Sequence record: MW760841.1
Length of the DNA: 64,000 nucleotides
Reading direction: 5' to 3' (one strand)
The notes beneath the pieces were generated by a model. That model had not been told where the DNA came from and did not search any database. It saw nothing but the letters and a program-made list of their open reading frames with translations. Both the position numbers and the translations under genes were made by a program. Positions 48,588 to 58,227 of the stretch are shown here, in pieces. Within the stretch, counting starts at the first letter, position 1. Every line of letters begins with the position of its first letter.

Positions 48588-50645
48588 TCAGTTCTCCCGA
48601 CGGTAAACTTTGATGGTGGTGTTGAACTGAGTCAGCAACACACCGCCGTACGCGTTCAGATCCAGAGTTACAGAGTAACCGTTGGAAATGTCTTCCGCTG
48701 TGAAGTACGCGTTTGGAGTCACGTCGGCGATACCGTCGAGTTTACCGTTCAGGCGCTCGATGATACGCTTATTGATTTCCTTCGCGACTTCATCACGAGT
48801 CAGACGGCTTTCACCAGACATGTCCGCCCACACACGGTCAGAGACACGGTAGACGTAAGCCATGATGAAGTTGAACAGCGCGTTGTTCAGCACCGAGCGT
48901 TCTTCGTCGTAGATAGACTGGATCGCTGGGATGAACAGACGGTAGTAGTCGTAGGAACGGGCAGTGACCAGTGACACATCCCAGTCGGATGCATATACGT
49001 CGTTACCTTTCCACGGCATGCTCAGGTCTGCCAGGTCTTCGATGACCGTCTGCTCACCACGGCTGAAACGCATTGCCGGATCGGCAGACCCTTCCGCAGC
49101 ACCGAGGTACTTGGAGAAGAAGTTCGCCAGGGTGTAGTTCATCGGCACAGGCTTCTTGTAAGAAGACCCACGGATGAGCGCAGTCTGACCAGTCACCATC
49201 CCACGCGCTGCGGCAGTGCCGTAACGTGCAGATTCCGGAACGGAAGTGATGAGTTCGATCAGGGCAATCTTCGCGCCTTCTTCGGTCTGTAGGTCATTAC
49301 GGCCTTGATCGTAGACGTGGGTTGCCAGAGTCAGGAAGGTGTTGCGAGACTTACCAATGAAGTTCACGCAGGCAGCTTTGGTGTCGAAGCTGAAACCGGA
49401 ATCCCAGAAACAACCCAGGGAGTATTTCAGTTCGTTGTCGTAGCTGACTTTACCGCCGTCCGGGAACAGCAGCATTTCGCGACGCACCAGTTCATCATAC
49501 GCATCGTTACCGAGCGTACCATCGCTACCACCTTGCAGGTAGTGGATGTTGCTGCCGCTGAAGACCGTTTTACCGGTTTCAGTTGCAGGGTTAACCTGGA
49601 AGCCGTCGTACGGCTGGCCGGTCAGATCCATACCACCGAACAGGTCGATGAGGTACGGGTCAGCAATCGGCGATGCAGTGTTCGCAGCATTAACTGCCGC
49701 TTGTGCCAGTTTCAGAACCTTCTCGAGTTCGTCATGATAAACATGGAAACCTTCGAACGGACCGTAGTTTGGCAGCTGGCCGACGTCAGGCGTAGTCTTA
49801 CGATACGCGTCCGCAACGACTTCTTCGAAGTCCAGCGGTGTTCTCATCGGCTGATAGTATGCATCGGGCTTAAAGCTGAAGTTGATGCTGGACATGGAGG
49901 TCAGTGTCTTCCAGATAACCGGAGACGTAACCCCTGCCAGAGTTTCAAACCACTGGAGCGTGTAAACACGACCACCTACCGCCTGCTGGTATGCAGAGGT
50001 GAGTGCCGGAGATGTTTTCTCGTTCAGCGGGATCAGCTTATGGCCGAAGCCGTTACAGTCTGCGCCAGCATACGGTGCTTTGATGTCGTAAATCGGATAC
50101 ATCTTAGACTTCGCACCACCGGTGCCAGTCAGGGTACCTTCGATTTCAACCGCAGTGCCGAATTCAGGTGCAGTGTTGTCAATCAACAGACTGCGCAGCA
50201 CGACCAAGACGCCATCCACCTGAGCGGAGACTTTCGGTTTGCCTGCGGCGTCGTACACAACTTTGCCACCTGCATCGCGTTCGTACTGTGGCACTTTCGT
50301 GGCCAGTACGTCAGCGTACAGACGGAAGGTCGCGGTTTTCGCATCGTCTGGGACCAAACGTTGGTACATACATTCGTTGCCGTTCGCGTTGAACATCGCC
50401 TGGTAAGGTGAGTTGAACGTCGCGTACGGACCACGAAGGTCGAACACGCTGCGGCCAAGCAGATCGAAAGCATTATCCCCGAATAACGGGAACGCTTCGT
50501 TATCTACCCCACGCGCAGCGAAGGTGAAGATCAGCGGCTTATGAATCGGGTCGCCCGTAGGCGTCCGTACAAGTGGGGGTACAGAGTTATCTTGCATCCC
50601 TTCCTTGTAGTTCAACGGCGCAGCGTTACGTGGAATATAGGTCAT
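48588..50645 (-). CDS. Tail sheath protein
   Basis: ~685 aa, FTFAARG and YLQGGSDGTL...FWDSGF motifs of phiKZ-like sheaths; start moved to ATG 50645 after GGAG. Confidence 0.8.
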   Translation of the reverse strand: MTYIPRNAAPLNYKEGMQDNSVPPLVRTPTGDPIHKPLIFTFAARGVDNEAFPLFGDNAFDLLGRSVFDLRGPYATFNSPYQAMFNANGNECMYQRLVPDDAKTATFRLYADVLATKVPQYERDAGGKVVYDAAGKPKVSAQVDGVLVVLRSLLIDNTAPEFGTAVEIEGTLTGTGGAKSKMYPIYDIKAPYAGADCNGFGHKLIPLNEKTSPALTSAYQQAVGGRVYTLQWFETLAGVTSPVIWKTLTSMSSINFSFKPDAYYQPMRTPLDFEEVVADAYRKTTPDVGQLPNYGPFEGFHVYHDELEKVLKLAQAAVNAANTASPIADPYLIDLFGGMDLTGQPYDGFQVNPATETGKTVFSGSNIHYLQGGSDGTLGNDAYDELVRREMLLFPDGGKVSYDNELKYSLGCFWDSGFSFDTKAACVNFIGKSRNTFLTLATHVYDQGRNDLQTEEGAKIALIELITSVPESARYGTAAARGMVTGQTALIRGSSYKKPVPMNYTLANFFSKYLGAAEGSADPAMRFSRGEQTVIEDLADLSMPWKGNDVYASDWDVSLVTARSYDYYRLFIPAIQSIYDEERSVLNNALFNFIMAYVYRVSDRVWADMSGESRLTRDEVAKEINKRIIERLNGKLDGIADVTPNAYFTAEDISNGYSVTLDLNAYGGVLLTQFNTTIKVYRREN

Positions 50646-50683
50646 GGAACATCTCCATAAATCGTCTTTTAAGACCAATTGGT

Positions 50684-50692
50684 CATACTAAG
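50684..50692 (-). promoter_or_regulatory. Putative late promoter (TATG type)
   Basis: CTTAGTATG on the minus strand, 39 nt upstream of the sheath start; identical to 10038-10046. Confidence 0.55.
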
Positions 50693-50702
50693 GTAGCATC
50701 TC

Positions 50703-51611
50703 ATGGCACTCGAAAACGCATACACAGGTAATATTTTCCGCAGCTTTGACCTGGTGAGCCTGGCGGCCAGCCTGGAATTAGCCCGCAAACTCAATCAAAC
50801 CAGACAGCAGTCTGAGGAAGTTCACTACGTAGTTGAGACTGCCGATGTGAAACCATTTCCTTTACCGATTGTTATCGGCGACGACGTGTATGTTGATGCA
50901 CGTACGTTTACCACGCTGGACAAATCCGGCGAGCTAAAAATTCGTAACCCGATCGAGCACGCATTGCGACTCGACCAGGCACGTTGGGAACTGGTGTGGA
51001 AACGGAACAATGGGAAGCATGGTTCCTTGATGGCGCAACTTCCCTACCACCATGAGATTTACAGTAAATGGGTGGGGGATGCGATCACTCACGCGCATTC
51101 ACTCACTCCATATCAAAGTGGGCAAATCCGCGCAGCGGCTGCTTTGTTCTCTGTAGGTCAGTTCTACAACAACTTCGAGGACGAGCTGAAGATGATGCGT
51201 TTACAGCAAGAGCTGTCGCGTCAACTCGGTTATCCTATCGAAATGTTCGAGGCCGTGACCGGTCACACCGAGTTCCTGTACCCACGCAACGTCGAAGAAT
51301 TTGTTGAGATGGTGAGAGCGGCTGACATTACGCCACGTCTCGCAGAGTTCAGTGTGCTGGGTCTGCAACAGTTGCTCGGTACCAGTTTCTTCGGCATCAG
51401 CTACGACAAACAACTGTGCACCAGTGCGTTGGAATATCCACCGTCTCTGCTGGTCATGATTGCGGCGTCGCTGGAGAACAACATGTTTAACCGCTCCCGC
51501 TTAGGTGGCACGGTGAAGAAGTCAGACACGGCGAAACGGAAAGATAAGTTCCTGTTCACCTACAACCTGATCATGAACCAAAACACCAAGCCACCGAAAG
51601 TACAAGACTAA
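50703..51611 (+). CDS. Putative virion structural protein
   Basis: 302-aa ORF divergent from the sheath gene in the conserved sheath-terminase block. Confidence 0.6.
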   Translation: MALENAYTGNIFRSFDLVSLAASLELARKLNQTRQQSEEVHYVVETADVKPFPLPIVIGDDVYVDARTFTTLDKSGELKIRNPIEHALRLDQARWELVWKRNNGKHGSLMAQLPYHHEIYSKWVGDAITHAHSLTPYQSGQIRAAAALFSVGQFYNNFEDELKMMRLQQELSRQLGYPIEMFEAVTGHTEFLYPRNVEEFVEMVRAADITPRLAEFSVLGLQQLLGTSFFGISYDKQLCTSALEYPPSLLVMIAASLENNMFNRSRLGGTVKKSDTAKRKDKFLFTYNLIMNQNTKPPKVQD

Positions 51612-51621
51612 GAGGTTCGCT

Positions 51622-54132
51622 ATGGAGAACTGGCTGGTCGCTCATGCGGTGCGAAACGCATGGCAGCGTCCAAGTAACGATGGGGTGCTTAACATCGCCC
51701 CTAATCGCATCACTCCGAATTCAGGGGCTATCGGTTTTATCCGTGATGGACGAGCGTCCATGCCACTCCCAGGTGAAGGTTGGTGGCACGTCTACACGGT
51801 AGACAAACTGCACCTTAATTTCGGTAACATCAAACTCCCACCCGACCGCTGGAAGAAACTCAGCACTTGCGTGAACGCGATGAGCGCTTTCATGCTGCTG
51901 TACAATGACCGGGGCACTACTTTCCCGCTGAGTAAAGCACGGGTCATCAAACGGGCTTCGGGTCAGATTCTGTTGGCCTTGCCGCAAAGCGAACGCTACA
52001 GCTGGCTGGATACCGAAACCTTGTACTGGCGTATCTACGCCGGGTATGACGGTGGGGACTATGCGGGCTTGCCGTTGCCGACGTTCGTGGAACCTTGGGA
52101 TACGCCGAATGGCACCCAGATTCAACGAGCCTGTGATCGTTACCGTGCACTGCAAGCGGCGAAACAAGGTCATGTGACGTTCTGGCTGAACGGGGTGCTG
52201 ACCGAGTCTCCGGTACCGGGTGACATTGCGACCTGGGACGATGTGGAGATTCACGTCGATGGTCGTGTGAAGCGTGTGGTCGATTTCCGTTGTGGGGATT
52301 TACCGACCTTCCAGTCTACCCTGGACAGTAAACGTAAGTATCTGCTGCACCTGCCGAAAGGGTCAGAGAACTGGACGTTCAACAACGACGTCGAGATTCA
52401 TGTCCTGCGTCAACGTGACGGCCGCTACTACTGGAAGCATCGACATCTGTCGGTACGTCAGGTCACGTTCAATGACTTGAGCATTCCGACCGAACGTATC
52501 AGTCAGCTGCGCAACAGCTTTAAGAATCTGAACGACATCGATGACCTGGTGATTCGTGTGGTGATTCGCGATGACTATCTGCGTACGCCGGTGCTGTTCA
52601 ACTCGCAGCATGTGCACGACTTGTATCGTCTGGAAGACCCGTTGATTATCTCGGCCATGACGGGGGTGAACTCCACCATGCCGGAATGGCTGGCGAAGAA
52701 CCTCGAGCAAGCGGCGTACAACAAAGTTGCAGCAGCCCAGTTCCAGAACATCACCCGTGACCTCTGCACGGAGGCGTACGGCTATAACGCGACGTCTCGC
52801 TACACGGCAGATACTCCACAGCACCTGATTCTGGATAACGGCGTTTGGCGTTGTACGTTGCCTGACCTGTTAGCCGTCCGTTCCGTTGTCTATGAGTACG
52901 ACGGAAACGGTATGCTGTTAGGCTGGAGCCGTCACAGCGGTACCACCGATTACCGTGCGAAGAATCCTGCTGCTCGTATTGCGGAAGCCATCGCGGGGGA
53001 TGTGGATGATGCGGTTCACATCGTGGACAATGCTCCGGACTTTGATATTCCGGAAGGCATTAACGTCACGCTGTGGCTACGTAAGCTGGTCAGTGGGGTC
53101 GGCACCAACGAGTACACGCTGGCAGTCGAAGGCACGGATTACACCCGCATTGGGGCAGCCATTACCTGGACGGTTGACCGAACTCGTCGTTGGCCAACGG
53201 TGATTTACGATGATGTGCACCTGCTGTTTGAGCAGACCATCAATGTGAACCAGGGACAGATTCGTGTTCCGATTCTGGGACGCAGTGCCTCCGAGCCGAT
53301 TCGTACGCTGTGGACGCCGATGGAAACCGTCGAGGTCTGGCTGAACGATCATCCGCTGGTCTTCGGGATTGACTACGTCGTGGTCTGGCCGGAAATCGTG
53401 GTGGTGTCGAAAGCGTGGATGTCCGATGGGCAAACCAACAAGGTGACGGTGCGTGCGCGTGGTGTCACTGGGGTCACGCGAGCACCGAAGACGGGCTTTG
53501 TGTCCAGTGGGTTGTTCTCGAACAACAGTCACTTCGACGTGCGGGATGACAAAGTGATTCGTGTGGTCGCTGGGGGTGGGATTCTGACGCGGAACGATGT
53601 GGTGTTCCGTGAAGACAACAGTGTGGGGACGGACGTTGTTCCCGACGGGTTCCCATTCTCGGTTGACGACCCAACGATTCCGTTGCGTACCTTGGTCAGT
53701 CAGGACACCTATGCCATGCGAGACACTTCGCGTGACCTGGATGCCCGTACGGAAGAATACCTGACGACCTTCTTCCCAACGCCACCGCCGGTTAACCCGG
53801 TACCGCTGCAAGGCTGGTACCACTTGTTCAGTCCGCTGCTGAATAAACTGCTGTGGGACTACAAGAATAAAAATCTGATACTGGTGGAAGACGATCCGAA
53901 TTATCGTATCTCAACTGCCCAGCTGGATAGAGTCATGGAAGGTTACATTAGCCTCCTGCAATTTGACCCGGCTTACATCGGCTATGATAAAGCCTTTGTG
54001 CGTATGCACCCGCATTCGCTGTACCAGGTTGTAGAAGTTGATGAGTTGGGCTTTGCTTTCTTAGACCGTGTGAATGCCCGGTATCTGAACAGTGAGATTC
54101 AGCTGAACCAGTATCTGAAAATCAAAGGTTAA
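51622..54132 (+). CDS. Virion structural protein (baseplate-type)
   Basis: 836-aa ORF, GAGG RBS, conserved block upstream of terminase (synteny inference). Confidence 0.6.
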   Translation: MENWLVAHAVRNAWQRPSNDGVLNIAPNRITPNSGAIGFIRDGRASMPLPGEGWWHVYTVDKLHLNFGNIKLPPDRWKKLSTCVNAMSAFMLLYNDRGTTFPLSKARVIKRASGQILLALPQSERYSWLDTETLYWRIYAGYDGGDYAGLPLPTFVEPWDTPNGTQIQRACDRYRALQAAKQGHVTFWLNGVLTESPVPGDIATWDDVEIHVDGRVKRVVDFRCGDLPTFQSTLDSKRKYLLHLPKGSENWTFNNDVEIHVLRQRDGRYYWKHRHLSVRQVTFNDLSIPTERISQLRNSFKNLNDIDDLVIRVVIRDDYLRTPVLFNSQHVHDLYRLEDPLIISAMTGVNSTMPEWLAKNLEQAAYNKVAAAQFQNITRDLCTEAYGYNATSRYTADTPQHLILDNGVWRCTLPDLLAVRSVVYEYDGNGMLLGWSRHSGTTDYRAKNPAARIAEAIAGDVDDAVHIVDNAPDFDIPEGINVTLWLRKLVSGVGTNEYTLAVEGTDYTRIGAAITWTVDRTRRWPTVIYDDVHLLFEQTINVNQGQIRVPILGRSASEPIRTLWTPMETVEVWLNDHPLVFGIDYVVVWPEIVVVSKAWMSDGQTNKVTVRARGVTGVTRAPKTGFVSSGLFSNNSHFDVRDDKVIRVVAGGGILTRNDVVFREDNSVGTDVVPDGFPFSVDDPTIPLRTLVSQDTYAMRDTSRDLDARTEEYLTTFFPTPPPVNPVPLQGWYHLFSPLLNKLLWDYKNKNLILVEDDPNYRISTAQLDRVMEGYISLLQFDPAYIGYDKAFVRMHPHSLYQVVEVDELGFAFLDRVNARYLNSEIQLNQYLKIKG

Positions 54133-54135
54133 CAC

Positions 54136-55779
54136 ATGACGACTTTGAAAACTGATATCATCGATCTCGATCGTGGTTGGCGGAATTGGGGTCTTCCTGA
54201 CCTTTACGACGTTAACAAACCGACGGGATTTGTGCCGAACCCCAAAGACTGGATTACCGACCCCGACACGAATATCATTTATCGTGTTGAGACCGTTAAC
54301 TATTCGGTTCCTTCGTGGACGACGAAAGTTATCAACGGTATTCCGGCCAACAACACCAACAAAGTGTTGGGTGGGCACTATCCGCTGCGTTCCGACAAGT
54401 ATCGCATTTATGTTGATACCACGAAGAACCCAGCCAGCATGGTGGTGGATAACAACCTGACCTGGAACGGTCCGGACATCGACGGGATTCGTATCTTCCG
54501 TGGAGCGGACGTTTCCGACAAGGCAGAGATTCTGTCGGGCTTCTACAAAAACGGTCGCCTGGACAAAAACTACCTGCCGATGCAAACCATCTCCAAAGAC
54601 GATGTCGACACTGTGGTCAAATCGCCGTTGCCGGGTAGCTGCCTGGCTCCGGTGAAGCACGGTGAAGAGTTCTCGTACGTTGTGTACGCCGACTCCGGTG
54701 AAATCGTCGACATGGGGACGGGGTACATTATCCTGACCAACCTGGTAATGGCGCAGGAAACTCCGTCACGTCAGGTGGTGGATATTCGCCTCGACTCACC
54801 GTTTATCGTGGACGACAACTCCACGGTGCTGACGTTGCCAATCAACCTTCCGTTGGATTCCATTCCACTGAAAGCGATTGTCCGTTACACCGATGGCCAG
54901 AAAGTCCTGCCGATTGACGGTGCCCGTGTGAAACTGAACGGCCTGCGTAACGCCGGTGCCCACGACACGTACTACATCGCGTCTAACGCCGGTGCAGAAC
55001 TGCCGTTGCTGCTGAGTTACCAACTGGCGAAAGGGGAGAGCTTTGTCGGGCCGAACGTCACCGATGGGATGGTCTGGAAAGACTACACCGCGGTGACCGA
55101 AGCGACCGATGGGGCGTACTCGATGAAACTGTTCGTGGTACCGAAGTGGCTTGATGCTTCTCGCGGCTACCGTTTGCAGTTCTTCCTGTACAGCCTGACC
55201 CGTGGCATTGTGTATGACGCTACCGCAGCGGTTGCCTTTACCACCGGGACACTGTTCGACCCACTCCTGATGGGTGTCAAGCAGCGCTTAAACGTGCAGT
55301 GCGACATCAGTAAGGTTGATCCGAAGTTCGTGGCCTTTATTCAATCACAGTCGTTTGCCATTACCCTGATTAACCCAGGTAATGAGCTGAACACCAACTA
55401 CCTGATTGAGTATCTGCCGGATGGTCTGAAGTACGGCCAGAACGTATGGGCGGAGTTCACTTACTCCAACGTCACTTACTCCAAACTCGATGTCTCTATC
55501 AAAGCGACCTCGAAGGCGCAGTGGCTGCAAACCCTGTACGATCCGATTTACCCGCTGTATGACCGTCGTAACGAAACCGGGCCACTCGAACCAACCCACT
55601 TCGAAATCCACGTTGGCGGACAGGTGTATACCTATTCGGTCGATGACTGGATGACCGCGAAGGAAGTTGACTACCGGGTAGCGCTGGACGATGTGTTGGT
55701 AATCCGTTGGATTCGCCGCACACCGACGGACGACCTGCAATTAGGTTGCTCGCCAATGTTGGCGCACAACATCACGTAA
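54136..55779 (+). CDS. Virion structural protein (baseplate-type)
   Basis: 547-aa beta-rich ORF directly upstream of terminase. Confidence 0.6.
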   Translation: MTTLKTDIIDLDRGWRNWGLPDLYDVNKPTGFVPNPKDWITDPDTNIIYRVETVNYSVPSWTTKVINGIPANNTNKVLGGHYPLRSDKYRIYVDTTKNPASMVVDNNLTWNGPDIDGIRIFRGADVSDKAEILSGFYKNGRLDKNYLPMQTISKDDVDTVVKSPLPGSCLAPVKHGEEFSYVVYADSGEIVDMGTGYIILTNLVMAQETPSRQVVDIRLDSPFIVDDNSTVLTLPINLPLDSIPLKAIVRYTDGQKVLPIDGARVKLNGLRNAGAHDTYYIASNAGAELPLLLSYQLAKGESFVGPNVTDGMVWKDYTAVTEATDGAYSMKLFVVPKWLDASRGYRLQFFLYSLTRGIVYDATAAVAFTTGTLFDPLLMGVKQRLNVQCDISKVDPKFVAFIQSQSFAITLINPGNELNTNYLIEYLPDGLKYGQNVWAEFTYSNVTYSKLDVSIKATSKAQWLQTLYDPIYPLYDRRNETGPLEPTHFEIHVGGQVYTYSVDDWMTAKEVDYRVALDDVLVIRWIRRTPTDDLQLGCSPMLAHNIT

Positions 55780-55782
55780 CAA

Positions 55783-55817
55783 TACTCCTCCTCCCCGCAA
55801 GGGGAGGAGTGAGGAGG
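55783..55817 (+). promoter_or_regulatory. GNRA-capped hairpin abutting the terminase RBS
   Basis: CTCCTCCCC-GCAA-GGGGAGGAG; the stem can extend into the GAGGAGG Shine-Dalgarno. Confidence 0.6.
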
Positions 55818-55821
55818 ATTT

Positions 55822-57933
55822 ATGATTCTACGCGAATCGGACTGGGGCTACTATCCGGGAGCCATTGTCGATGACACCACCAAGAATAAACACTTTATCC
55901 GTTTTGCGGATAGTCTGCGTAAGCTTGGCGTACGGCACTGGTATTTGGTGCTGGCTTTACACAATCCGGAACTGCAAGGCGTTGACCCCCACGCTCCTGA
56001 CCTGACCCTGCAACAGCAAGGGATGATTGTCGAAGAGTGTGCCGAGAACCCGTGGTATTACCTGCGTGAATGCGTCAGGGTGCCTGCGGATGGTACCGAC
56101 GGGGTACCGTTCAAGATTGACCGTGGTAACTTTGCGATGTTCTGGATTTTCTTCAACAACATCGACTCCGGTATCGAGTTCCTCCGTCAGCACGGTAAGA
56201 CGGTCGGTATGTGTTCCTTGATGAGTTGGTTGCTGCGCTTCCTGGAGAAGTCACGTACCATTCTGGTTACCAAGGGGCCGGTGCTGCGTGAAGAAACCAT
56301 CACCAAACTGAAAGAGCTGCGTAACAGCTTACCGAAGTATCTGTGGCCAGTCCATCCGGATGACCCGGATAACAAAGAAGCCTTTGCCTGCATGGCGCAG
56401 GGTAACAAACTGATTACCGCCATCGGTCAGAACGATGAGCAATCAGCAAATGGTGTGGGCCGTGGCTTAACCGCCGGTCGTCTGTTCTCGGATGAAGGCC
56501 CCTTCACCAACAATATCCACATCATCTTACCTGCGGCACTGGCATCCGGTACGGCGGCGCGTAACATCAACGAAGCTAACGGCGTGCCTTACGGTAACGT
56601 GTTCGCTACAACACCTGGGGACTTAGCCACACCGGAAGGCGCGTACATGTACGAGCTGATGAACTCCGGCATCGTGTGGGATGAACGCTTTATCGATATC
56701 CCAACGCGTGAACGTTTGATTGCGCTGATTCTGAAGAACTCCATGCGTCCGAAGATGCCGCGTGTCATGTTCTACGTGAAGTTCAACCATCGTCAGTTAG
56801 GCACCTCGGATGAGAAGCTCGCTGCGATGATTGCCAACGCCACCGGTAGTGGTGATCAGATTCGTCGTGACTTTGGTGGGGAATGGACAACGGGTGGTTT
56901 CAACAAACCGTTCTCCGGGGAAGATGCGAAGCGCATGAACGGCTCGCGTATTCGTCCGATATTCAAAGACGTCAGTCCGTCAAACTACATCACCGACTGG
57001 TTCTACAAAGAAGAAGACATGACTATCAAACTCCAGGATCGGCATATCCTCGGACTCGATACGTCAGAAGCGGTTGGTCGCGACGCCATCGCTATGTCTA
57101 TCGTCAACTCGGTGACGGCAGAGTATGCCGGGAAATTGACCATCAACGAAACCAACGTTATCGGCTTTGCGATACACCTGGCGGAGTTCATGGTGAAGTA
57201 CAGCAACACCGTGTTGATTCTGGAACGACGCTCGACCGGGTCATCGGTCGCGGATGCGATTATCCTCCAGTTGCAATCCAAGGTACCGGACCTCCACCGC
57301 CGTCTGTATGTGAAGATTACGCAGGACTACAGCCGCAACGACGAATTGTATAAGGAGTACGCCCGTGGACCTGGGAATCGACCAGAAATCTTCTGGGATA
57401 AATTCCGAAAATATATCGGGTTTGCGACCGATGGCGAAAAACGTAAGAAATTATATGGTGAGGTATTCACCATGGCCCTGCGACTCTCGGCACACCTGTT
57501 GCGCAGTGGCGAATTGATCGACCAAATCCTGAGCCTGGTGGAGCGGAACGGACGTATCGACCACCAACGGTCCGGTCACGATGACTTAGTCATTTCGTGG
57601 CTACTGGCGATGTGGTTACTAATCTTCGGCAAGAACTTGAACCACTATGGGATAAGTAACAACCGACTGATGATTCGTAACCGTAACATGCTTACTGGTG
57701 ATGGAGAAGACAAGGACGAGGACGCGCAGGTCGAGCAAGAGGAGCGGCAACAAGAACTGATGGGAGAAATCGAAGTCGTCATGAAACAAATGGTCGGAGT
57801 TAGTTGCCCAGTCCGCCAGATGTCCATGCGGGCACGATTGCAGTCCCTCATCGATCAACTTGAAACTGACGTGAGAAACGTCGCATCGATGGAGAGCTTG
57901 AAAGAGCTTATCCAGCGCCAGAGGATGAAGTGA
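55822..57933 (+). CDS. terL: Terminase large subunit
   Basis: ENPWYYLRE, Walker A RQHGKT, Walker B LFSDEGPF, coupling motif ATTP, nuclease LGLDTSE and HDDLVISWL. Confidence 0.92.
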   Translation: MILRESDWGYYPGAIVDDTTKNKHFIRFADSLRKLGVRHWYLVLALHNPELQGVDPHAPDLTLQQQGMIVEECAENPWYYLRECVRVPADGTDGVPFKIDRGNFAMFWIFFNNIDSGIEFLRQHGKTVGMCSLMSWLLRFLEKSRTILVTKGPVLREETITKLKELRNSLPKYLWPVHPDDPDNKEAFACMAQGNKLITAIGQNDEQSANGVGRGLTAGRLFSDEGPFTNNIHIILPAALASGTAARNINEANGVPYGNVFATTPGDLATPEGAYMYELMNSGIVWDERFIDIPTRERLIALILKNSMRPKMPRVMFYVKFNHRQLGTSDEKLAAMIANATGSGDQIRRDFGGEWTTGGFNKPFSGEDAKRMNGSRIRPIFKDVSPSNYITDWFYKEEDMTIKLQDRHILGLDTSEAVGRDAIAMSIVNSVTAEYAGKLTINETNVIGFAIHLAEFMVKYSNTVLILERRSTGSSVADAIILQLQSKVPDLHRRLYVKITQDYSRNDELYKEYARGPGNRPEIFWDKFRKYIGFATDGEKRKKLYGEVFTMALRLSAHLLRSGELIDQILSLVERNGRIDHQRSGHDDLVISWLLAMWLLIFGKNLNHYGISNNRLMIRNRNMLTGDGEDKDEDAQVEQEERQQELMGEIEVVMKQMVGVSCPVRQMSMRARLQSLIDQLETDVRNVASMESLKELIQRQRMK

Positions 57934-58160
57934 TGACCGAACTTTATTACCTTGCAGTCGTAATCCTGTGGGTCGCACTGTTCATGTGCATACGCCACAT
58001 GTACGGTGTGGTGGTTGACCACGCTACTAAGAACAACATCTCGGTAATGGCTACCAGACGTTCGCTGACGTTTGTAGTTGGATGCATGATGATGTTAGGT
58101 TCCGCAGCAACCTATGGGATGAGTCACGTATACACGTTACATCAACTGTCTGTATTGTAA
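57933..58160 (+). CDS. Small two-TM membrane protein
   Basis: TGATG coupling to terL; two hydrophobic segments. Confidence 0.6.
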   Translation: MTELYYLAVVILWVALFMCIRHMYGVVVDHATKNNISVMATRRSLTFVVGCMMMLGSAATYGMSHVYTLHQLSVL

Positions 58161-58183
58161 AGCTGGCAAAAAATAAAGAGAAC

Positions 58184-58227
58184 TAGGTACCTACCCGTCG
58201 CGGGGTAGGTACCTATTATCTTTTTTT
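58184..58227. terminator. Bidirectional terminator
   Basis: 13-bp stem TAGGTACCTACCC/GGGTAGGTACCTA, A-rich left and T-run right. Confidence 0.85.

Noticed and set aside
48087-50411. Plus-strand ORFs of 295 and 368 aa over the tube and sheath genes
   Set aside because: Antisense shadows of well-supported structural genes.
50646-50678. N-terminal extension of the sheath ORF in the ORF track
   Set aside because: A GGAG RBS precedes ATG 50645, so the extension is probably untranslated leader.
53077-54660. Minus-strand ORFs of 248 and 199 aa over baseplate-type genes
   Set aside because: Antisense shadows with no RBS or motifs.
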